Assembly: GCA_002633005.1 (NCBI GenBank)
Contig: NMRA01000277.1
Coordinates: forward strand, 124,001-188,000
From: Phoronis australis
Taxonomy: Eukaryota > Animalia > Phoronida
Direction: 5' to 3'
DNA: 64,000 nucleotides
The notes under the pieces are model-generated. The model saw only the letters and a list, made by a program, of their open reading frames with translations. It was not told the DNA's origin and did no database searches. The position numbers were made by a program, and so were the translations under genes. Positions 27,985-38,111 of the stretch are shown in pieces (the first letter of the stretch is position 1; each line of letters begins with the position of its first letter).

Positions 27985-29740
27985 AGATAGTGTTTGTGTG
28001 AGCCAGAGGCTGAAGACTGGGCTTGTGCTTGATAAGTTGTTAAGATACAGTTCAAACTTTTCAGGTGATCAAGGCATGTCAAGTAGGCTAATACACCTAT
28101 GAAGACTCAGAGTCGATCTTGCTGTGTCTGACACTGTCCACTCACCAAGGGACATTTTTCTATTATTGAAACATTTAGCATTGTATGGTGGTGTCAATAT
28201 TTTTGAGGGGATTATCTGCATAAATTGTGAGACTCTTACAGACGATTCACACCAAAGTGACTCATTTCAAATCAAAAATTAAACAAACTCAGAAGTTGTG
28301 CAGACCCAAACGTTGTGAGATGGAGAGCCCAACTGTACCCTCGGCCATATCTGAAGTTAGAGGTGGCCAGCACAGAGAAACCCGTCGCAAACTTATTGAG
28401 CTCCAGCCAGCATCGGCTGTTCAAGAAGTACAGAAACGCGCACCAGCTGATGAGAATATTTGCAGTGATTTAGCACTGAACACTTCTTGAAATCTACAAG
28501 TGCATCTTCGTCTGAAAAGAAGGTTGTTGAAAGAGCTTCTAGTATTTTGAAGGATGAAGAACTGAAATATGCCATTACAGAACAACGTATGAAGGAAAAT
28601 GATGCTATAGCCAAATCCATAACTGGCTCAAAGCATGATGTATTTATCATTTACAAGTAAAGAACAAAACTCTTATGACATGTTATTCCAGTTTGGCTGG
28701 ACCATCATTGTCAATGAGATGAAACTTAAATTTCCGGTGTTGTTCTCACTTATTGTAAGGGTCATGTTAACTCCTGACAATAGGTCAAGCGGAAAGAAGG
28801 TAGATAGCATAATACCAAGAATTTCTGTTATAATGCCCTGTGCATGCAATCTAGAAGTCAGCCTCTTTGTCTGGTACAGCGAGTGATATCGAATGTCCTG
28901 TTAAGTAGCTTAGTGGAGGTTAAGGTATGTCACGTTCATCTTGGCTTAAAACAACTTTANNNNNNNNNNNNNNNNNNNNNNNNNNNNNNNNNNNNNNNNN
29001 NNNNNNNNNNNNNNNNNNNNNNNNNNNNNNNNNNNNNNNNNNNNNNNNNNNNNNNNNNNNNNNNNNNNNNNNNNNNNNNNNNNNNNNNNNNNNNNNNNNN
29101 NNNNNNNNNNNNNNNNNNNNNNNNNNNNNNNNNNNNNNNNNNNNNNNNNNNNNNNNNNNNNNNNNNNNNNNNNNNNNNNNNNNNNNNNNNNNNNNNNNNN
29201 NNNNNNNNNNNNNNNNNNNNNNNNNNNNNNNNNNNNNNNNNNNNNNNNNNNNNNNNNNNNNNNNNNNNNNNNNNNNNNNNNNNNNNNNNNNNNNNACACA
29301 CTGGGATTGGAAATCAGCTTTTCCTATAACATTGTTGTCTAAAGCATGCACTTTTGTTTGTTTAAATATCAAAATAACTTTTGTGGAAACTGGTGGTATA
29401 TATTGTAGTGTACTTAAGTATGCCTGTTTTGATCATACTGCATTCGGATAAAATTCCGGTTCCATGATGAGATGCTGATCAAATAATTGCAGTTGTCATG
29501 CTTAAAAAATGACATCTAGCTCTGAGAAATATGCACATTTGTGGAAATTGCCATTTTGTCATGGTTATTGGCTGTTATAATTAAATATGCAGCTGTTGTT
29601 TACAGAGGGTACATTATGTAGTCATAAGGAAACTGTTATTATTTAAAAAATAAAACTGTTATTATTTAATCCTGATTGAAGTGTTCAAATTTTGCAGGCA
29701 TTTGACCGTCTTTCTGCTATTGGTATAACTCTTAATGTAT
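27985..29740 (+). pseudogene. Academ-like transposase N-terminal remnant (frameshifted, spliced, interrupted by a gap)
   Basis: LFQFGWTIIVNEMKLKFPVLFSLI...IIPRISVI, then a frameshift to QSRSQPLCLVQRVISNVLL, a GT donor near 28925, and after an acceptor near 29698 AFDRLSAIGITL. This follows the F.W..l..E....P.L ... R..ms.vQ..is..L ... RL..lG pattern recalled for AcademH transposases. Confidence 0.55.
28960..29295. other. Assembly gap (N run)
   Basis: 336 N. Confidence 0.99.
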
Positions 29741-30062
29741 CACTATGCTAATTTGGTGCCAGGCATTTAACAATAATAAAGTGTTTCTGTTAAGAATTGT
29801 TTCTGCTCAGGCAACTTGAATTTTAAAATTTTGCAGATCTGATGCTCTATGTTTCTTATCGTTGTCATCCCTGATTTTGTGGATTTTGTTAAATGGCTTT
29901 CAGATTCGGTATTGAAAAAATTGATGATCAATTGTTGGCCGTGTTAGAGTTCGTGAGGCTTGATTTTAGCAAGTGTGATTGTTATCACTGACCTAGCTCC
30001 TGCTTGCCCCCTTGCCAAACCAGATCAAGGCTATGTTGGCCATTGTGATGATCGACTAATAG

Positions 30063-30327
30063 CAGGGGCGGATTCAGGATTTTGAGTTAGGCGGGGCCAG
30101 GGGATAACCAGAATTTCGGCAGATGCGCGCACCCAGCCTAAAATGTGGGGATGCAGGGGTCTCGAATTTTGGGTTTGAGGACCTGTTGAAAGGGGTATGC
30201 ATTGCCTAATCACCCCCGAACCCACCTGGTTGGACGCATGTGCAATTCGCATCAGAACTCCAAAATGGTATCTTGTAAAATTTTAGAGGGGCCATGACCC
30301 CTTGCCCCCCCCATAAATCCGCCACTG
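30063..30327 (-). mobile_element. GC-rich MITE with 5-bp TSD (copy C, inverted)
   Basis: caggggcggattc...aaatccgccactg, flanked by AATAG on both sides. Confidence 0.75.
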
Positions 30328-33300
30328 AATAGAGGCAAGTTACGTGACCTCATGTAATTATGAAAACAAATTAAGTTAGTGTTCACCAGTTCACTTTCTT
30401 CACCAAAAGAAAGAATTATAGCTTCCCTATATATCTCTGTTGGGCCAGAATGCCATTCAGCAGGCCGATTACTAGACACACAGACTTCTCAAATTGTCCC
30501 GAGCTAGGCTGCAAGCAAGTCCGCGTAGATAGGCAGTACTTTCATCATCCCGTCGGCAATATACCGACCACATCGCCACCACTGACTCACACCTTTATAC
30601 ATCGGATTTGTTTCGGCTTAAGCCACTGTATCGGGGTTTTCTTGGTCTTATTCACTTCCACCACTGTCCGTTTTAATAAAATGCATCCGTGGTCGCCACA
30701 CTTCGTTATTTCATAGACTATAATCTATGGTTATTTGTAAACTGAAAGGGGTTTCCCAACTTTCAACCAATGGGAATGGCTGAATGTCATGACGTCAGTT
30801 TCATTACTTTAACCAATGGGAGGCCATATTAAACAACATTCTACAGTGCTAACTTTCGTTTAGCACTGTGATAGAGTGTATTGGACCATTTGCCCAATAC
30901 GTTAGCAGAGTGTATTCTGTTATTTTCTTCCACTTTTTGGCCGTTTAGTTCGAAAAATGCCGAACAAGTATTGCTGTTTTGGCAAATGAAATTCAGATTC
31001 GCACTTCAATACGTTCTATCGCGTTTTGTACTAATTTCGTTTCGTGTATTTTAAACGGGCGATACGCGAAATACGCTCACTGATTAAGTTTTCACCACGT
31101 CAAAAATACATTCTACATCTAAACTTATCACCTAAAAAGGCGCTTACTTTCTCCAGTGGTCCTTTCTGCTTCTAAACATATCTTTGATGAAGCATAGCTA
31201 CGGGAATTCAGGTGACTTTGGCGAAGAATTCCAACTCCACATTGTGGTTACTGTTAACTTAAACCGCGCGCGCGATAACCACAAAGTACAATGTAGTTCA
31301 ACTGGTCAGGTGAGTATGAGGCAAAGGCTAGCGCCAGACTGAGTGAAGCGCGAGACGTGGCGCGTGACACTTGCCAAATAACATGAGAACATATCAAGTG
31401 AATTTGTAAGATTTGTGTTCCTTGGTCTTATTGTTCGTGATTTCACGTAACTTCCTCTAGATGGCGCCCTGTGAGAGAAACTTGAGCGAACCGCGAGGTT
31501 TTCATGGATAGGTTCAAGTTACTTGTAGACTAAATTGTATCCAGAGTCAGGGTATGTGTTAATTAATTATAACTCCATGTGCACATATGCATGTTCTATT
31601 TTATTTTATTTGCTGTATTTTGAAGTGAGTAACTTTTTATGGGGATAAACTATCGCCCTTGTATGCCTGCGGCACTCAGGCCTAGACCGGGTTGAGTTCC
31701 AATTTCAGTCCGTTCACAGCTTCGCACAACATAACAAGTTCACATTTTCTTCGTCCATTCACAGTTATTCCACGATCCATCTACCATCTTTTAAGTTGTG
31801 TTTACGTTTTAAGAGTAAAATTTACCATAAGAACTCCAGTAAAATTTAGCGTGTGTAGCAAAGAATCGGGGCCAAACAAGAGCAATATGGCGGGTTTTGC
31901 CCCTTTTCCGGTGACGTCGCATTGAAAAGAGAAACTCGCAAGTGAGCTATTATAGGGAATGATCTCAAGCACTACCAGTTCACACAAAGCCTTCCAAGCC
32001 CAGTGATCATTTCTAAACTGAGTATGGAATAAGATACATGTAAAACCATTGTTGGGAGTGGCCTACATAAAAAGTTGGGTTTTTGTTGAATGCCTCTTAA
32101 GCAATATTTAATAATTCAAACAACTTATTGTAAAGCCTTCGGACTGAGTTGCTGAATGTAGCTTATTGAAGATGCTGTCGTGCAGTCATGTTTTGTGAGT
32201 TGTCAACGTGCATGTAGATAATGGATTGCAGCATCGGCAGAAAGCATTTTGAATAGGTTTGGTCTGTGTAAGTGATTGAGTCAGTGAAGAAACCAATGTT
32301 AATCTGGTTTGCCAAGAACCAGTGAAGGCAGCTACATGTAGAATCATTTCACCAAAATTTCTGAACAAGAATTCTGTATGCACGGTGAATTTCAAGAAGG
32401 ACAAGAATTGGAAACTAACTGTGCATGTCACTGTCGACATCATGTCTAAGCCGAAATAGCCCAGTCCTTTTCGCCTAGGTGGTTCGGGGTGTGTCGCTCA
32501 GTTGGCTGTCTATTACACTTGTTCCGAGGATTGGTGTTTGGTCCGCGTAGGACTGGAGTCTGCAAGGAACATTTTTGGGACGTGAATAGAAATAGAGGCC
32601 GCTGGTCTGTGAATTTGTAATGGGTGTTTGGTGCCTACTGGTCTCGGGTAGAATTGTTTCCACCCCCTGGGTAGCGCAGATATCAAATCGTAGAGAAATC
32701 GCTCGACCAAATAGTCGCGCTACTCAGTACAACCAGGGCTTTAAGTGACACAATCGACGAGAAAAGCTCCTTTTAGATTAACCGCTTTTCTCGCATACAG
32801 TTTTTATTAGCATTTGAGTCTAATGACAAACTGGTTCTCTATTGGTCGATGGAGGACCGCTTCTAAGACCATGGAGGTGCGCTTGGAGCGAATCGATGAA
32901 AATCAAAGCAGTGATTCAATTTATATGTATCCAGGAAAATTATTCCCCAGCTAAATAGGTGTGATTTCTGGCCTTGAAAGGATCTAACTGTTGGTTACTG
33001 CTTGAGATTAGACTATGACACGTTGGCTTGTCACGGCGAATCGTTTTATTCGCAGAACATGGACTCGAGCAATGACGATCTGTCAGCTTGCAAGACCTAA
33101 ATCACTTCTCATCTGACTACAGGACGGAACGTGGGTTTATTGTCGCTTTTCAATACAACGTTTTCTTATAAGAGATTAAATATGGTGCCTTACTGTACCA
33201 TGATTATTACAACCTAACCGTTAATTTTCAAACCTCAAATCGAATTCCTTTTTTTCATACAAAAAGTCATTGAATAACAGACTGGGTAGGCCCCGTTAGA

Positions 33301-34244
33301 TAAACAAAGTGGCCGTACTTTGAACAGATTATTCACGAATTTAGCCATGGCAACTACTACGGAAAAACATATCGGTGTACTTGGTCGAGTTTACTTCGGT
33401 ATTTCGAAGTGAATTTTGCCGTTTCGAGTTTGGCAACCCACAATCAAACATTCATTTTTCAGTAACATTTAGTCTCGCGACACCTGGCTAACTACAGAAA
33501 AAAAATTGTCAAGTGAATCTCAAACAACTCGCATGTTTGACTCGATAAATGATGCCGTGAAAATTTGTTAACTACTTCAACGAAGTGAGAAACATTGTTT
33601 CATTCAGTGTGTAAGTAAAGTTCTTAAATCTTGCGTTTATGTTGCTTGGAAGACTCAACTTCAATTTTATGCCCCGTTACGACCATCTTTGTTAAGAACA
33701 TGAGGTAAATAAATGTGTAACAGCCTCAGTTATATACGTGTGTAATTAAACACTTAATAAATATCAATAATACCACATAATCAGCCTGTCATCATGGGCG
33801 GCGCAGCACTGAAAAAAGTGGGGGTGCTAAAGCCCCCTCAGCCCCCTGTGGTGCACCACCTATAGACCATGTGCGGCGTAGCACTGAAAAAAGTGGGTAA
33901 CTTGTCGTCGGAAATCTTCGACTTGGACATGATAATCAATAGCCAGTGGTAACCTACTTTAGCAGACGATATTTTCAGAGTGGAAGCTTCACATGATAAG
34001 GTGTGTAGTAAGCTAGCCTATTTGCTTTATACTTATTTAACAGATTCACTTCATTTCTATTTTGCTTAAATTTTCAAATGATTTTGACAAAAAAAACGTT
34101 ATTTAAACAAGAATGACTCGGCGTTTCTTAAAAGGTCACGACCTCCGACCCCGGGGCTCTGACACAGAAAGCCGAGGCGAGTCGGAAAAAGGCAGACCGA
34201 TTCATTGCATTGTTTATCGTTCGATATGTGGTTCACAGTCTAGA

Positions 34245-34321
34245 GCCCTCGTGGAGTTTGGAGAATTATTACGCTTGGGCCTAACGCCCCTCGGGCGATA
34301 ATTCTCCAAAATTCACTCGAG
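34245..34321. repeat. Imperfect palindrome (centre of a palindromic non-autonomous element)
   Basis: gagtttggagaattat...ataattctccaaaattc around a GC-rich loop. Confidence 0.5.
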
Positions 34322-35449
34322 TTTCAGATTACGGAAGATAACGACTTCGCCATGTAAGAGCCTATATTTAATTGGTGCCGTTCATAAATTTACACCATGA
34401 ACTAAGTGCATAACTTGCCTTACCTAAGTCAGTAATTAATTAATGCCGTTAATTAATAATATTCACCGATAATGTTTAATTTGTTAACGATAAGTACGTA
34501 CCTTTCTCCCCAGAAATATCCGGACGGTCTTTAGTACTGATTTTTTATTTCATTAATAACATACGTTGAGTCTCGAAAAAACATATGTAGTCAGCTCGAC
34601 AGATGCCGTGATGGAGAAATAAGATCTACCGCGGGAACCAGAGTTAACTGCGCTGACCTTTAGAAACAAACTTCTAAAGATTTCAGTGACTCACCGGAAA
34701 CCGCCTGCTGCTGATGCTCGCACGGCACTACGTGAGACTATATAGGACTTCAGCGTCATCTATACATGTACATCAGCGGCATACCTGCCGCCCATTCTGT
34801 AAAGCTACGACTTCGCTAAAGCAAGACTTCCCGGGATTACCGTGACATATTCCCATGTATTTTGAATGAGAACACGTGACTTTGGTTCGATTTTAGCTAG
34901 GTTCCAGCGTAGGTCCTAGCGTTACTGAACGCACGCCTGGGTTATCTAAAACAACTTATTTGTCATTGAATTTAATTATGAAAAGAATACAGACGGTCTA
35001 ATGTCTTTTGCGGTGCACCAGACTAAGCAGGGCTTATGGCCGGGCCCATTGCACGAACCACCTGGGTAGAATTCATTAGAAAAATCTAGCCAAAATCGCT
35101 TGTTTTCATTCAAAATACACTGCAATATCTCGCGTAATCTCGTCAACTCTTGTTTTTCTAGCGATGTCCAAGCAATAGTGAACTCTCCTGAGCTAAACCT
35201 CAGGGTTGCCCTGATATCGATCAGTAAGTTCTTCGTGAAAGAAGTTGTCTTTTATAAGAAAATGGAAAGACTTTTCTATTTGTTGCTATGCACAATGGAA
35301 AGACTTTTCTATTTGTTGCTATGCACAATGGAGCCACCCAGTTGCTTGCTCCTTAACCTATAGAAAGCTGAACAATAAAGACTGCAGGGTGTTTAGGGGT
35401 TTCAACGTTAGTGCCATATACCGGACACAATTAAAAAGTGCCACTCATA

Positions 35450-35790
35450 CGCCAAGTTATGTGTCTGTGTCAGGCTTGGTTACGGTGACCTTTTAAAATT
35501 TGAACGACGCGTTTAATGCCTCATTTATCAAAACGCAGAAGGTTTTTGAACCTTCTGGTTTGATCACATTGGGGAAGTTCTTCTGCTGGGGTTAAGCAAT
35601 GCCCAATCGGCTACTGACTGGTCATGTTCTCAATTGCATACACTCATCCTGCAGCATCCATAAGATATCGGGATAGCAGGTTCAGGTGCATAAAGTAGAA
35701 CGCTAGTTCCCATCTTTGCGAGTCTATCTGAATTTTCATTGCCGTAAATTCCTAATGGGCCCAGCTTTCTGAATCTGCAATAGGAAGGCT
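35450..35790 (-). pseudogene. Non-LTR retrotransposon 3' fragment (RNase H C-terminus, LOA/R1/I-like)
   Basis: GIYGNENSDRLAKMG...APEPAIPI matches the G..GNE.AD.LA..G...GPEP motif at the end of LINE RNase H. A degenerate ILKGH (cf. LLTGH) follows. Confidence 0.6.
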
Positions 35791-35915
35791 TGGAAAATAT
35801 ATTCCTGCACCAGCCTGTCCATTTTCCAGAATAGTCCGCGTAACAAACCAACTCATTCTTGTTTTTTAATTAATTATACTTTCACATTAAATATACAAGC
35901 ACAAATACATAATTC

Positions 35916-36181
35916 TACATAGACTCAGACCACTGTATAAAATTTAAGTTGAGTCAATTAAAATTTTGCATTTAGAAATTTGTAGAACATTTGTTGTCTT
36001 AGCCATGGTCACAAAGTAATTCCTGACTAACCGAAATCATTAACAAAGTCTACATAGACTCAGACACTGTATAAAACTTAAGTCGAGTCAACTGAAATCT
36101 TGCATTTGGAAATTTGCAGAATATCTGTTGTCTTAGGTATTGTCACAAAGTAATTCCTGACCAACGGAAGTCATCAACAAG
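35916..36181. repeat. Tandem duplication, ~134-bp unit x2
   Basis: ctacatagactcagac...gtcacaaagtaattcctgac...aacaa repeated at 35916 and 36050. Confidence 0.8.
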
Positions 36182-37634
36182 CTAGAACAATTGGAAGTTA
36201 GAACAGACGTGCGTTCACTAACGCTAGGACCTACGCTAGGACCTTCTGTAGCTAAAATCTAGCCAAAGTCACGTGTTCTCATTTCAAGTACACGGCAATA
36301 TCTCACGTAATCTCGTTAAGTTTTGCTTTTTAGCTAAGTCCTAGGCATATATGTCAGCCGACATCCTGAACAATTATGAATCAACGAAACAATGACACGA
36401 ACACATGTTACACAATTAGACAAACGGTAAGCACTGTCAATATAAAGAAAGTCTGTCGTCCTGGTAGAGTCCTGGAGAGTTCTACCGGATCCTTGCTTTT
36501 CAACCATGTTTCCAATTGTCCTCTACTATTGCACCAATGTCGAGTGAGCTAATTTCAAAGTTCTGTTTCAGTCTATTACAACGACATAGGCACACGTGAC
36601 ATCACGACACACAACTACATAATGCGAGACCAACTGTCTCAATACCACCATGTCAGGGTCCTCCAGTTGATAACTATACCGATCTCTTACACTCTCATAT
36701 TCCTGGCTGACCGTTTCTGACAGCACCCATCACAGTGGCGGATTTGGAGGGGAGCCAGTTAACCACAAACACACAATGTACCCAAGTTTCTAGAAAACTG
36801 GTACGTTTGTAGAGAAATATGATTGTATATATACCATCACTTTGGGTTGAGCTCTTCGCAATATTTTCTCATGCCAATACTATGATGTGCGTTTTAGAAA
36901 TCGTAACTAAACAAAAAAGGGGAATAAAAACATTATTAACAATTTTCCTAATTCACCCTAAAATTTTGCACCTGAGCAGAACACTTAAATCACAAAAAGT
37001 TCCGTACTTGCCACAACATATATGACATTAGGAAAGCAATAAACAGTACGAATGCATCCCCCCTTTGGTTACCTATTGCACTACATCAGATGAGGTTCTA
37101 TACGGTTAAATATGAGTTAATTTTTAAATTCGTTCTCAAAACAATCAAAATACGTGGAGCCCCAAAGCAAACTGCAACTGCTGTAAACACTGTATTTTTG
37201 TCAATTAAATTTCGGAATACTTTCTATCTAAAAATGATAAGAACCGCGTGCAATTAGGAGAACTTTTAAGAAGCGTCTGAACGTGCACCAGCCGTGTGGG
37301 AGTCCTGCACAGATATTACTCAACGATGTCAAGAAAAATCGTCAGAAATGTAAGCAAATTTTAACTTAGAAATAGATTAAGCCCAAACACGGACGAAAAT
37401 ACTGAAAATAGCAGATATGCACACGAAGCCTGTAGCTGCTGTAAAATACAACTTGTCATACACAGGCTGCAAAAATTCATTCATAAAAATATGACGAGCA
37501 CGTATACGTGTCACGCGATCTACGATCATCATTGATAAAAGATGAGAAATGACACCAAAACAAACGGAGCAATCTGTGTAAACCCGCTTCTTTAAAGAAT
37601 CCTCAATGGGTCGTAAAGGATAAATAGGTTATAC

Positions 37635-37748
37635 AACGTATGTGTTTGTACCAGTGGTTATTATATCGAGATTCGTGATATGCAAAATTTTTGGAACAAG
37701 GGCTTCACGAATCTCGATATAATAACCACTGGTACAAACACGTACGTT
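37635..37748. repeat. Near-perfect 44-bp inverted repeat with a 26-nt loop
   Basis: aacgtatgtgtttgtaccagtggttattatatcgagattcgtga and tcacgaatctcgatataataaccactggtacaaacacgtacgtt, one mismatch. Confidence 0.9.
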
Positions 37749-38111
37749 AACCTATATATACATGACAGAAACAAATTACAGCAACAAAGACAATATTACC
37801 ACCAAGTATCAAGGAAAACAGAAAAAGAACACACTTAGATGCACCAATGATTACATATCTACACGATACAGGCCTCGCTAACTTTCATTTGGGGTGGTGC
37901 AGGTGTTGCAATTCGTCAAGAAAAGTTTGGTTTTAATGCACTATCCCTAAAAACAGTTGATGTTTTAGTCTCACTCGTGTTATGTTAAAGTCATTAGCTC
38001 GCCTTGAGAGGCGCTTCCGCCCNNNNNCCCCCCCCCCCCCCCCAAACACTATCACAGTGCCGTGTATGGAGGTAACAGTGGATTACAGTTACCCTGTCCT
38101 CTAAAGTCTGA

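Larger units (their letters stand above)
34800..36345. repeat. Inverted pair of ~140-bp repeats (34800-34940 and 36205-36345) with a partial third copy near 35080-35170
   Basis: aatgagaacacgtgactttgg...ttttagcta...agcgtaggtcctagcgtta(c)tgaacgcacg(c)ctg is the reverse complement of 36206-36283. Confidence 0.65.

Noticed and set aside
28920-29451. Long ORFs containing X runs
   Set aside because: Artefacts of the 336-N gap.
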